In this document: one piece after another, positions 12,981-25,661 of the stretch
How the letters are laid out: every line of letters begins with the position of its first letter
Position numbering within the stretch: position 1 is the stretch's first letter
From: Octopus sinensis
Taxonomy: Eukaryota
Assembly (NCBI RefSeq): GCF_006345805.1
Contig: NC_043000.1
Span: 49,104,001 to 49,168,000, forward strand
Reading direction: 5' to 3'
Length of the DNA stretch: 64,000 nt
The notes under the pieces: model-generated
Told to the model about the DNA's origin: nothing
The model's input: the letters and a program-made list of their open reading frames with translations, nothing else
The model's database searches: none
Made by a program: the position numbers and the translations under genes

Positions 12981-13064
12981 ATATATATTATATATATATA
13001 TACATGCACATCTGGGACTCTGTCGGGTACGAAGACAAGAGTTCCAGTTGACCCGATCAACGGA
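12792..13064. repeat. Nested perfect palindromes built from the 3' end of a family A SINE
   Basis: 12802..12915 is a 114-bp loopless palindrome; 12917..13022 is a second palindrome around (TA)n; 12792.. and ..13064 are the outer inverted arms. Confidence 0.95.
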
Positions 13065-13330
13065 GCAACCTGCTGGTGAAATTAACGTACAAGTGGTTGA
13101 GCATTCCACAGACACACACATCTTTAACGTAGTTCTCACGAAAATTCAGTGTGACATAGAATGAGACACAGGGTTCGCTCTTTCAGTTACAGGTATTGCT
13201 CATTTTTGCCAACTGGATGGACTGAAGCAGTGTAAGATAAACTTTCTTGCTCAACAGCACAATGCGACACCGGTTTTCGAACTCTCAGCCATACGATCGC
13301 GAGCAGAATAACTTAAGCACTAAGCCACAC
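13003..13330 (-). mobile_element. tRNA-derived SINE, family A
   Basis: Minus-strand head GTGTGGCTTAGTGCTTAAG...GAGTTCGAAAACC; body homologous to 2043..2348. Confidence 0.85.
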
Positions 13331-13682
13331 ACATACGCACACACACACACACACATACACACATATATAGTGACAAGTAATATCTCAGAGTTGGAAATCA
13401 CGTGATATGGGTATATCTTCAAATTCATTTGCATCTTTCCTCTGCAATGCTATGTTGGCTTTTCCACTCGAACTTAGATTTTGTCAACTTTACTTTTTAG
13501 TGAAATTTTGGCTTCTTTGGGTATATTTCGACTCTTATTTCTAGCGACCCTTGTGCTATTTTGCACTCTTCATCAGGAATTTATAAATTTACCTTTTAGA
13601 TTTTTATGTTTGCTATCCACTTTCTTTATAATCATTTATTAATAATAATATCTTCATCTATGTGTATATATACAAATACACA

Positions 13683-13885
13683 TATAGGGAGAATTCACGA
13701 AAAAAACAGAAGACGAAGACAGGTGGTGTAAAAAAACAAACAGATGTATTAGTATAACGCTCGGAAATGTGAAAAAAGTCTTTAACGTTTCGAGCCTACG
13801 CTCTTCCACAGAAAGGAACACAGAAAGAAACAAGTAGTGAAACAAGGAGAGAAATAAATGTGTGTAGTGGCTACCGATCTATCAT
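13683..13885 (-). mobile_element. Family P1 short repeat with hammerhead-like motif
   Basis: Homologous to 1762..1950; CTGTGGA-A-GAGC-gtag-GCTC-GAAAC-GTT at 13784..13811. Confidence 0.55.
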
Positions 13886-14282
13886 ATATATGAATATATA
13901 TATCTATGTATGAATATTTGTGTATATATATATGTATGTATATATGTATGTATATATATGTGTGTATATATACGTGTATGTATATATATGTGTGTGTGTG
14001 TGTCTATTTGTATATATATTTGTAAGTATAAGCCAATATGTTCGGCAAAGTACAGCTTACTATCGCGAAGTAATTCACGAATGGGAAAAGCAGATGAGTA
14101 GATATTGCAGCGGGTGTATCGGGAAACAAATTAACCATTAATAAGTCGTAGTACCTCGTATCGTCCAATTCGAAACACCTTTATTGATTCACATATTGGA
14201 CCTCTTTCGAATGGTATGTTAGTCTTATCGAATGAAAGACTATCAAGACAAAATTATATACATAGACTCATATACTCTCTCC

Positions 14283-14316
<34 letters not shown>

Positions 14317-14401
14317 GCACGCACACACACTCCTCCAATATTGTTTCTTTAAATTGGACGTATGTCGCATTCTCCACATAAACGTTATATAACGTTATAT
14401 A

Positions 14402-15242
14402 GCCCTAGGGAGGTGATTGCGGCTGCGCTGAAGAGCAGAGGCTACAAGAGGACAGCGGCTCAGATGGAGCGAAAGAGACAGGAATTCGTGCGCTCATATG
14501 CGCTTGTACGGTCGCACATTGGCGCACTTGATGCCATCTTTGAGAACGAGCGGAGCAAAGATGGCAAGAATGGAGACGATGAAAGAAGTCACCCCCACCT
14601 GGTGGACGCCCGGGAGGAGGTTTTGAATGAGAAACCTGCCCGGGAAGTGAACCCAGGTGCAAGTTCTCCAACCGGCAGCAAGGGCCATGGAGACGGAGAA
14701 CCCGGTGAAGAGGTAGAGGGAGGAAGAAGAACTAAAAGAAGGACTGGAAGAGCTAAAGGAAAAGAAAAGCTCAAGCAGGACCAAAGTGTGAAACAACCAG
14801 AAATAGAAGTGAACCGCAAAGGATGGAACCAAACAGCCCACACGGGTGTGTATGTTCTACTTGAGAGGTTCCTGCTGGCATGGAAAGGAAGGTGCAGGCT
14901 ACCGCTTTGCACATCGGGGACCCTGCCACAGAGACACGAGGCAGATGGACAAACCATCAACACAAAAAGAAAAGAGATGGACCACGCACCACCTGCCCCA
15001 AAGCGGAGGTACGCAGATGTTTGCGCGCCACAAACAGCCAACATGATGTTGTCGAAAGAGCAGCTGCTGAGCAACAATCTTTTTTGTGCATGGCACAAAA
15101 GATTGTACAGCAGCTGACCTGGCTTCATCAAACCCAAGCCCGCAGGTGGGACTACCCACTATATACCAGAACACCACAGCAAACAGACACAGGATGGACA
15201 CCGCCGGCAACAACGTACACCTCACCTCGATACTCCTACTGA
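14402..15242 (+). pseudogene. LINE ORF1 remnant with Myb/SANT-like segment and CCCH-like zinc fingers spread over three frames
   Basis: VIAAALKSRGYKRTAAQMERKRQEFVRSY; CMFYLRGSCWHGKEGAGYRFAHRGPC in a second frame; further Cys/His residues in a third. Confidence 0.55.
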
Positions 15243-15973
15243 ACATCAGAGGACTGCAAACACTCAGTAACAGGACAAAGATCCCGTTCCTGAGAGACTT
15301 TGTTGCATGCAATCAAGCCTTATGCATAGCACTTACAGAAACGCACCTGAAACCGGACATAGCAGATGCGGAGTTACACATACCACAGTATGCTGTACTA
15401 CGGACCGACAGGAAAGAAAGGAGTCATGGAGGTGTTGCTATGTACATCCGTGAGGACCTCACACCCCAGGTCCTCTTGTCATACTCAAACTCGGTGTGTG
15501 ACACACTAATTGTACATATTAGGCAACTTGATGTAGTTGTGTGTGCTACATATCGCCCTCCAGATGCCCCAAGCCATGTGGGCAAGTTTGAAGACTGCCT
15601 TATAAAAATAGAAGAAATTCTAACCACATTAGAACAACACATAGGTGTGCTTCTTATGGGAGACTTCAATCTGCCCAATGTCAGATGGCCCGAGGGCCTT
15701 TCTCTCCCAGGAATGACAAGATGTGAACGAGGACAGGCGAGGTTCTCTCTGAACCTCATCAACACCCTGTACATGGAGCAGGTAATACTCCAACCAACCA
15801 GGGCAGGTAACACACTGGATCTCTGCTTCACAAATGACATGGATCTCATCCATAATGTGAAAGTGACACCGACACTACTCTCGGATCACAACATGATAGA
15901 GCTGACCATGTACGGGCCAAAAGAGAGCACGGACATGCAGCCTACAGAAACCCTCAGAATCTTTCCAGCTTGA
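15194..15973 (+). pseudogene. LINE ORF2 APE-type endonuclease domain
   Basis: LLNIRGL, IALTETHL, DRKERSHGGVAMYI, YRPP, MGDFNLP, PTRAGNTLDLCFTN, SDHNMI motifs; frameshift near 15960. Confidence 0.93.
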
Positions 15974-16609
15974 ACTACCATAAGGCAAACTGGAAACAAA
16001 TTGAGAAAGAGATCCTCAAACAAAACTGGCCTAAATGTCTCTCCTCGCCAGACATCGACGTGAAACTTCAACAATTCATGTCTGTAATGCAAGCCATATG
16101 CTACAAATGTGTCCCAGAGAGAAAGGCCACTGTACACAAGAACAAAATCCCCAGAGAGAGGAAAATTTTAATGAGACGGCGTACGAAATTTTCAAATCGC
16201 CTAAACAAACAGATTGAAAGCAGTGAAAAGTCCCGCCTAAAAATAAAACTGTTGGAAATCGAAAAATGTCTGCAACTCTCCCATGAAAAAGAAAGAGCAG
16301 ACAAAGAAGCCTGGGCTATAGAAAACATAAAATCTAACCCCAGAGCTTTCTACAGGTATGCCAAAGAAACAGCTACAGTGCACTGTAGAATAGGGCCACT
16401 CCTCGAAAAGGATGGCACACTTACAGGAAAACAATGAGGGTAAGTGAAATACTGAATGAGCAATTCAAGAGTGTTTTCACTCCACCCCTTGGGCATCTCC
16501 AAATCACCAATCCAACTGACTTTTTTACCACTGCAGATATAAATCAGAGGCGGCGACGATAGATTACATCGATATAAAGGAAGACGATGTAACCAAGGCT
16601 ATAGATGAA

Positions 16610-18187
16610 ATGAAAACAGACTCAGCTACTGGCCCCGATGGATTCCCGGCAATCCTCCTAAAAGCATGTAAGAGAGTCCTAGCAAGACCACTGCAGTTCC
16701 TCTTTCAGAGCTTCCTTGCAGCTGGCAAACTTCCAGGAAAACTGAAGGAAGGTAAAATATACCCCATTCATAAAGGAGGTAGCAGAGCGGAAGCCAAGAA
16801 CTATAGACCTATCTCTCTGACCTCACACATCAGCAAGGTCATGGAACGAATAGTCAGAAGGAAGCTGATCACCTTCCTTGAAGAGAATGACTTGCTGCCC
16901 GACACCCAACATGGTTTCCGACCAGGGAGAAGCTGTTTAACTCAGCTCCTACAACACTATGACTGGGTGCTGAAACGGCTGCTCAACCACTCAAATGTGG
17001 AAGTGATATATCTCGACTTTGCAAAGGCCTTTGATAAAGTCGATCATGGAATGATATGTCACAAACTGCGTGATCTCAACATAGTTGGAAAACTGGGAGA
17101 ATGGCTTCATGACTTTCTGAAGGATAGAAGTCAGGTGGTAGTAGCCAATGGGGCCACCCCCATTAACACACAAATAATGAGCGGTGTTCCACAGGGCACT
17201 GTTCTGGGACCACTACTGTTCATAATGGCCCTCTCAGACATGCCCTCAGCCACGCAGAGATCCACGATCACAAGTTATGCAGATGATACAAAAGTTTCAC
17301 AGGCAATACAGAACCCTGAGGACACTAAACACCTGCAATGTGAGCTCGACGAAATATACAAGTGGGCTGAAAAGAATAGCATGCAGTTCAATGCTGGAAA
17401 GTTTCAAGCTTTATACTATCAGCATGCAAAACTGAATGCAATACCCAATGAATACACTGGACCCGGAGGGATTGCAATCCCAGAGGCACAATCAGTGCGT
17501 GACCTGGGTATTCACATGAGTGATGACGCGACCTTTCATGTACATGTTGCTAAACTGACAATGAAATGTAGACGGCTGGCTGGATGGATTCTTAGAACCT
17601 TTAGAACAAGAGAACAAAAAACCATGATGGTCCTCTGGAAGACACTTGTCCTAAGCCACTTTGACTATTGCTCTCAGCTATGGTCACCATCCAGTGTCAA
17701 GTTGATCACAGAGCTTGAGGCGATCCAACGAAGCTACACAAAGAAGATAGCCTCTATGCAGAATGTAAGCTACTGGGAAAGACTCAAGAGATTAAAATTA
17801 TATTCTCTGGAGCGTAGGCGGGAAAGATATGCCATAATATACATCTGGAAGATCCTGGAGGGAAGTGTCCTGAACTTTGGCATCGAGAGTTACGCAAATG
17901 CCAGAACTGGGCGCCACTGCGTGGTGCCTAGGACTCCAAACCTGCCATCAAGATGTAGGACAAGATTCTGTGATAGCCTGGGCTTCGGAGGCCCACAGCT
18001 CTTCAATACCCTCCCGAAGAACCTGAGAGACCTGCATGGGGTGGATACAGATGTCTTTAAAATGAAGCTGGATCTCTTCCTGTCAGGTGTCCCAGATGAA
18101 CCAACTTCACGGCAGAAGGGGCAGATGAGGGCAGCTGCATCGAACTCTCTCATGCACCAAATAGCAGTTGCTAGAAAGCCTCCATGA
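16610..18187 (+). CDS. LINE ORF2 reverse transcriptase portion, 525 aa open, disconnected from the endonuclease by frameshifts
   Basis: GPDG, NYRPISLTS, QHGFRPGRSC, YLDFAKAFDKV, SGVPQGTVLGPLLF, YADD, RDLG, LWSP, YWERLKRLKLYSLERRRER. Confidence 0.95.
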   Translation: MKTDSATGPDGFPAILLKACKRVLARPLQFLFQSFLAAGKLPGKLKEGKIYPIHKGGSRAEAKNYRPISLTSHISKVMERIVRRKLITFLEENDLLPDTQHGFRPGRSCLTQLLQHYDWVLKRLLNHSNVEVIYLDFAKAFDKVDHGMICHKLRDLNIVGKLGEWLHDFLKDRSQVVVANGATPINTQIMSGVPQGTVLGPLLFIMALSDMPSATQRSTITSYADDTKVSQAIQNPEDTKHLQCELDEIYKWAEKNSMQFNAGKFQALYYQHAKLNAIPNEYTGPGGIAIPEAQSVRDLGIHMSDDATFHVHVAKLTMKCRRLAGWILRTFRTREQKTMMVLWKTLVLSHFDYCSQLWSPSSVKLITELEAIQRSYTKKIASMQNVSYWERLKRLKLYSLERRRERYAIIYIWKILEGSVLNFGIESYANARTGRHCVVPRTPNLPSRCRTRFCDSLGFGGPQLFNTLPKNLRDLHGVDTDVFKMKLDLFLSGVPDEPTSRQKGQMRAAASNSLMHQIAVARKPP

Positions 18188-19724
18188 AGTGAAACCAAGT
18201 AGCAACACCAAATGGCGGTGCCCCAGCATGGCCACAGCTCATAAGCTGAAACTAGAATCAATCAATCAATCATAACATGAAGGAGGTTCTAGGGAATAGA
18301 AACTTACAAAATACCGTTCAGTTACATAACCTGCCTTTCTCTGGTTGACTGAACAAGTCAGATGTTAATGTCAATGCCAGACGGACCCAGAGCACCATCA
18401 GTTAAAAGATAGAAAGCAAAGTTCATTGACCTGTAAGAAAATAGTTTTTGACTTGACCATACGGGATTATGTACTAGTTACACAGATGAGAAAATGAGAG
18501 ACTGAAAATTAATCGTTTGTATATTTGCAGTGTAAAACATACTATGGAGAGTTTCATCCTTTTGCAAATGAACGGCAAATTAAACAGAAACGCACAAGCA
18601 ATATTTCAAAACTTCAACAGTTTTGAATGTCGTAGACGATGACTAAATATGAAACAGAAACATGAGTATTATTGTAAATCATGAAAAACAAACTCAGTCC
18701 GCTTCAGATAGCCATGAATGTAAAAAAAAATGCTTTGTAAAATACCCATAAGAATCTAAGTATACTTTTCTTTTTTAGAATTTCTTTATTGTGCTACCGA
18801 CAAATGCAGCATTGTACTTTCATAGAATAGAATACACATATAGAAATTTGTGTCGACAAACGAAACTACCAATAACTACATTCAAACAGAAAGGAAAAAA
18901 GAGAAAAAGAGAAAACAATATATTCATGAGGAAATGTATCCTGTTGTATATATATATATATATATATATATATGAATATATATACATATATATTTATATA
19001 TATACATACACGTATATATATACATATATAAATATACATATATACATAAATACATATGAGTGTGTATGCGTGTGTGTGTATGTCAATAACAGTCTCACTA
19101 AGGAATTATCCTTACCATTTTCAATACCTCTAATTTTCGCAGTTTGTGTCTAACCTATTTATCTAGAAGTATTTTTCAAATAATGTCTGTGATACCAGTG
19201 ACAGTATGACTATTTGTCTTCCTCTCCCACTCTCCCTCCCTCCCCCTCTCTCTCTCTTTCGGTATATATTGTATGTGTGTATGTGTATGTAGGCATATAT
19301 TTGTGCTTGTGCGTGTATGCATATATGCGTGCATCTGTGTATATCCTGAAGGCAAAATTATAAATCAGATATCTCCGTCAAGATATTCTTTCTCACTATC
19401 AGTCAAACAATATATTTCATCAATATTCGTTCTATCTTTTTACAGTATTTTGACTCATATTTCTTAAATTGTTACTCATTCTATCAATCTTTTACCATCT
19501 CAATATTTCTACATTTCAAAACGATCTATAACCGCCGTGCTTCTACAACGATTAAGGATAATTGTTAGTGCTATCTTACTTCACGTGTGCTCTAACTATA
19601 AATGTATATATTTCTCTATTATCCCCAAAGGAAAGTAACTTGAGCTTTACCTTTTCGATCACAGGCGTACTTCGTCTAAGTGGAAAAATGAGTCAATCGA
19701 CCAATATGAATGCCTATGCATGGG

Positions 19725-19796
<72 letters not shown>

Positions 19797-20197
19797 TGTA
19801 TACATATATTTATGTGTATTTGTATACATGCGTTTGTATTGTGTACATATATGCATACATACACGCACAGAGAGAGATGTACGTATATAGGTATGTTTTT
19901 TATGTATGTATGCTTATATGTATATGTATACAGTCCGGTATGTATGTATGCTTATGCGTTGAAGATGGTGCTTTCTAAGATAGTTTATGGTCTTACACAG
20001 CGGGAATATGAAATGAATTAGAAGAATAAATAATCTAAAATACACTAATGTAACATTATAGATTTTTATTCGATCTCAGAGTAACATTGGCGAATATTGG
20101 CAACGACTGTTAACAAGATTATTTCCTTTTGACACGATAAATTTCCGTTTCATATATATGTTTTTAATTCTGTTCCTATATATTTCGTACGTGCGTG

Positions 20198-20255
<58 letters not shown>

Positions 20256-20390
20256 GTTACATATACGCATATATACTACAAATACGATTGCATATATATA
20301 TATAGATACGAATATAGATAAATGCATACATATATACATATACACACATGTATATAAATATACTTGTATATATTATATGCGTGTGTACAC

Positions 20391-20434
<44 letters not shown>

Positions 20435-20497
20435 CATGTATACAAATATATATATATACGTATATATATGTATATGTATATATATATATGTATATGT

Positions 20498-20530
<33 letters not shown>

Positions 20531-20548
20531 CATGTATATATATATATT

Positions 20549-20593
<45 letters not shown>

Positions 20594-21364
20594 CTATATG
20601 TATATATATATATATATATATAATATATATATATATGGTCGTATGTAATAAAATATAAATTATGTATCGCCATCCGCTCCTCTGTATATATTTGTATATA
20701 TATATATATATATAATATATATGTATATATATATATATAGAGAGAGAGAGAGGAAGAGAGAGAGTGAAAGAGATGTTAAAATGCTTAGCAAACTAATATT
20801 AGTTACGGATGTATTTATTGGTATTCCTTTTTTTTTACGAAAAAGGCCATTAAATTCGCTCCGATCTAAATGTCACATCTTACAGTCGAATGTTAAATAT
20901 ATATACTAAACGAACATTTTCTGTTCTTGCAGCACAGCATGGCAATACATGCCAATATATTTATTTAACACCAAATTCTTTGGGAATTATATATTCTGTG
21001 CTTGTATATCAACGTAACGAATAATGAGTTTTTGGGGTATGACTAGCTTCTAGCTCACTTCGATGAATGCATTTTGTATATTTACTGTTATTTTATTTTT
21101 TAGCAGGAATCCTCTGACAGATATTTACCTGTGAAACACATTACATATCTATATTGGAGTAAAAGAGTGATGCATATTTTATCATCTACGCAATATCAGA
21201 AATGGGAAATATTTTTACCTCGTATTTTTACCTTTATTAGCATCTTACAAAAGGCATACGCATATTCAATAATGTAGATCATGAGACACTACGATGAGAC
21301 GGACACAAGCCTGAATTGCTTTGATCTTTTGATTGCTCCATCGTTTATTTATTGTATACTGATT

Positions 21365-21573
21365 TCAAATTTTGACTCAAACCCAGCAATTTCAGTGATA
21401 GATTAAGTCGACGGCATTAATCACAGTATTCAACAGGTACTTATTTTATCGGCCCTGAAAGGATGAAAGGCAAAGTCGATCTCGGTGGAATTTGAAGACG
21501 TAACGTGAAGACAGACGAAATGCCGCTAAGCATTTCGCCTGGCGTGCTAACGATTCTGCAAGCCAGACGCCTT
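21365..21573 (-). mobile_element. OR-type SINE
   Basis: GAAAGGATGAAAGGCAAAGTCGATCTCGGTGGAATTTGAA...GGCGTGCTAACGATTCTGC. Confidence 0.8.
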
Positions 21574-21703
21574 ATTCGTGGCATTATATATTACTGTCGT
21601 AATGCTGACGGAAGTTGTGAGCACTGCAACAGTATGAACATGTGAAAGAATTAAAAATCTTAAGTGCAAACACACCAACATATATATGTATGCATATACA
21701 TAT

Positions 21704-21748
<45 letters not shown>

Positions 21749-21854
21749 ATATATATATGTATGTCTGTATGTATGTATGTATGTATGTATGTATGTATGT
21801 ATGTATGTATGTATAGATGGATAGATAGATAGATAAATAGATAGATTTTTAAAA

Positions 21855-22087
21855 ACAGTAACGTGACCTTCTCGAGTTATACTGACTCATAAGCGACGGT
21901 TTCCCGGTTTCATGGCGTATATATTCCCCAGTTGGACGGGACGCCAATTCGTCGCAAGATTAATCATTTTTGCCAGCTGAATAGACTGGAGCGATGTAGA
22001 ATGAAGTGTTTTGCGGAAAAACACAACGCGTCGCCCGGTCTAGGAATCGATCATGAGTCCTACACTCTAACCATTAAACCAGGCGCA

Positions 22088-22090
<3 letters not shown>
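21855..22090 (-). mobile_element. tRNA-derived SINE related to family A, different 3' body
   Basis: CATTTTTGCCAGCTGAATAGACTGGAGC core; minus-strand head ATGCGCCTGGTTTAATGGTTAGAGTG. Confidence 0.7.
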
Positions 22091-22229
<139 letters not shown>

Positions 22230-22672
22230 TGGTTATTATTACTTTTGATGCTGTCTTTTGCACTTTGGGTCCAGTTTTGTTCTGATAAAGAAGATCTATG
22301 AGGTAATGCAATTCATAGAAGATCACACAGTCTTTGTTTCAGATATAATGTATCTAGGATTGCAGCTTCAATGTACTTTTTTCCTTTTAAGGTGGTAAGG
22401 TATGATTTATGAGAATAAGATGTTGTTTCTAACATATCAAACAATCATGTATAAGCTACGTAGTATGTATACAAGAATGCTTCAGTATTTCCACTTCTTT
22501 CTTTCTTTCTTTCTTTCTTTCTTTCCTTTTTTTTTCTCTCTCTCTCTCTCTCACTCACTCTCTTTCAGTACATACACATACAAAGAGCTATATTAATGGA
22601 GTTACATGTATGTGTGTGTGTGTGTGTATGCGTTTATATATTCTTTTCTTTGATTCTTTCGTTTGTTTCAGT

Positions 22673-22832
22673 CATTATGTGTATAAATTCTGTACTTGGA
22701 ATGACCAATTTTGAATACTGTTCGATTTTAATCATAAGGTATTGAAATCTTACATTATGTATAAACTCTATACTTGGAATGAACAATTTTAAATACTGTT
22801 GGGTTTTTCTCATAAGGTATTGGAATCTTACA
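22673..22832. repeat. Diverged tandem duplication, about 80-bp unit x2
   Basis: CATTATG..TATAAA.TCT.TACTTGGAATGA.CAATTTT.AATACTGTT...TCATAAGGTATTG.AATCTTACA occurs at 22673 and 22753. Confidence 0.85.
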
Positions 22833-23091
22833 TATATATCATTCTGCCTAAAAAATGGATCTACAAATTCAATATCCCAAAATATCTCACATCTATTTTC
22901 TTTCCTCCACCTCACTCTCTATTTTGAATCCTGTTTAAATTAACTATTACTTAACCATCCTCTCACAACGTCTCCGATGAAGGGATATAATTAATAAATA
23001 TCCTGGAAACAGTTGTACGACCTTCTATCTATAAATGTTCTAATATCTACACACCCATGTTTTTTTTATCTCATTACGCAAAAAATTCTTT

Positions 23092-23161
<70 letters not shown>

Positions 23162-23286
23162 ATATGTGTATATATATATATATATGTATATAATATGTGT
23201 ATATATATATATATATATGTATGTGTGGTGTGTGTATGTGTGTGTGTATATATATGTATATGTGTGTATATATATGTATATATATA

Positions 23287-23317
<31 letters not shown>

Positions 23318-23328
23318 GTGTGTGTTTT

Positions 23329-23374
<46 letters not shown>

Positions 23375-23386
23375 TATATAATATAT

Positions 23387-23418
<32 letters not shown>

Positions 23419-25065
23419 AACGCATAATATATACCGTTGTTATTGTGCAAAAGTGTTGTAATTTCAACATATTGCTTTTTCAGAAAGTGAAAAATAGTTT
23501 CACCATTTCATAGCAAAAGCGTTGTACTATGCTTTGACAATTTTTGATATCTTGGCATCTGAAGCAGCTGTAGATACGATACTTTGACCAAAAGAACCGG
23601 CTGTTGCAAGCAAAAATAAATATTGAAAAATGACGCATTTGACCAAAATTCTGACTTACGACAGTTTAACATAATAGCAACGATGTGCATACGTGTGTAT
23701 GTGTATATGCGTGTGTCACGATGAGGACAATGCTACGTGATTTCTTAAGACTGCAGTCGAATAATATGACAACACAGAGCATCCTTCACTCCCCGCAGCA
23801 TATTGAACTTACTGGATTCTTCTATGTCACAATACATCGCAGAACTTGTACGTTTTACAAACATTAGGTTTGACATCATATACTACATACTTTACAAAGA
23901 AATCATTAAGACATACTGGAGATGTTATGCGCTGCTCATATATAAAGAGATTCGTTGTCATTCTGATGACGTTAACTTTCTGTTTCTTAGATTACTCACC
24001 TGTTCTCATTCAGTCCACACATCAAATATACATGAAAGAGCGAGTGCATATTTATACATACACATATGCGTTTCTTTCACTGGTTTCGCACATGTCAATG
24101 TCCTTCATCATACTTGAGCAGCTACTTATAGAATTTAGTCTGTCATATCCAAAACGAGATATATTTAAGTGTGGTACTTGTTTTAACGACTATTTGTTGA
24201 ATGTTAATTTATGCGACATAAAGTTTTTAAACTGATGCACGCACAAACATGAACATGAAAACTGACAAACAGACATCACACACACACACACACTCACACT
24301 CACATACATCTATTTTCATTGTTCGACATTTACGTACATATATAATGTCGCATGAAGCAGCGTTGGATTTAATGTATTCATGTAAAGTCGAAAGTATGTG
24401 GACGTGAGAAGAACTTCCGCTGCTGAAATAATCGCAGCAGAAAAATTATGCTTTTGAACGTGTGAAAATTCATTTGGTCTTTTGAACTTGAACGTGGTAT
24501 CGTCAGACGAATATGTTTCTATGTTTATTCGATTTGTCAGCTAGGAACATCAGATCTGTCATTCACATCTTGATAAGAAGCAATAATTTTATATTGAAAT
24601 AGCACACGGCTTGTTTACTAGTGTGCGTAAAGCTTGATCAAGCGAGAATTAAATATATAGTGTCTTACGAAGCAGCTCTGGTTAGGATATGTACGTGTAA
24701 AGTCGTATTTAACACGTTCAACAGCATTCGGACATGAGAACTTCCATTGTATAGGTAAACCCGAGAAACAATTCACGTCCGAGAAATGTATAGTTATGCT
24801 TACATCAGCTTAAAAGCTGTTGTTGTCCACATTGAAAGTGGAATCTTTTATACGTAAACCTTAAATGGGATGTATGACTACTGGAGATTAGATCGGGCAT
24901 TTGTTGTGCTGATGATTGTAATTGAGCGAGAAATATGTGTCCACGACTGACCCCATATCTCCAAATAATAAACTTGCCCTTTACCTTAATTGCATGTCAG
25001 TTTTGAAGAATTCCTGATTTCAAGTATTCTTCTTTACCCTTTTCAAGTGGAGTTGTATATATATA

Positions 25066-25661
25066 TACATACAAGCAAATGATACACTCACACGCACACA
25101 CATACACACACGCGCGCTTATGTATATAATTTTATAATTTAAGCAAAAATGAGCTAGAGGAAATAACGCAAAGTGACTTGTGGCATTTAGAAGAATACAG
25201 GTATACCAGATACCACATAACACAAATTCTTAATACATAAGAATTTAAATAGGAAAGTATTAAACAATAAATTATGTTCTAACTTCCATGGTATCTGGCA
25301 TTGTATACTAACTTTTCGAACGCATGTCGATTGAGAAAATCTTGTGGCATCATGGATCCTGTGACATTATGAATGTTGATCTTCATTCTTATTTAGTAAT
25401 TAAGACACAGCCTCTAGAAACGGAGATAATTTTGATAAATTAAGAATTTGTGTTATGTGGTATCTGGTATACCTGTATTCTTCTAAATTCCACAAGCCAC
25501 TTTGCGTTATTTCCTCTAGCTCATTTTTGCTTAAATTATAAAATTATATACATAAGCGCGCGTGTGTGTGTGCGCGTGTGTGTGTGCGCGTGTGTGTGTG
25601 TGCGCGTGTGTGTGTGCGCGTGTGTGTGTGCGCGTGTGAGTGTATCATTTGCGTGTATGTA
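25066..25661. repeat. Inverted duplication, arms 25066..25234 and 25439..25661, 204-bp spacer
   Basis: Arms are near-identical reverse complements; the ORF track gives the same MLCGIWYTCILLN peptide on both strands. Confidence 0.93.

Larger units (their letters stand above)
14402..18272 (+). mobile_element. CR1-clade LINE, about 3.9 kb, 5'-truncated within ORF1, frameshifted, (ATCA)n tail
   Basis: ORF1 remnant, APE endonuclease, RT and CR1-type C-terminus in order; 3' UTR stem-loop then (ATCA)4 at 18257..18272. No clear target-site duplication. Confidence 0.92.

Noticed and set aside
14402-18272. LINE as an autonomous active element
   Set aside because: ORF1 is truncated and frameshifted, and ORF2 is broken near 15960 and 16430-16600.
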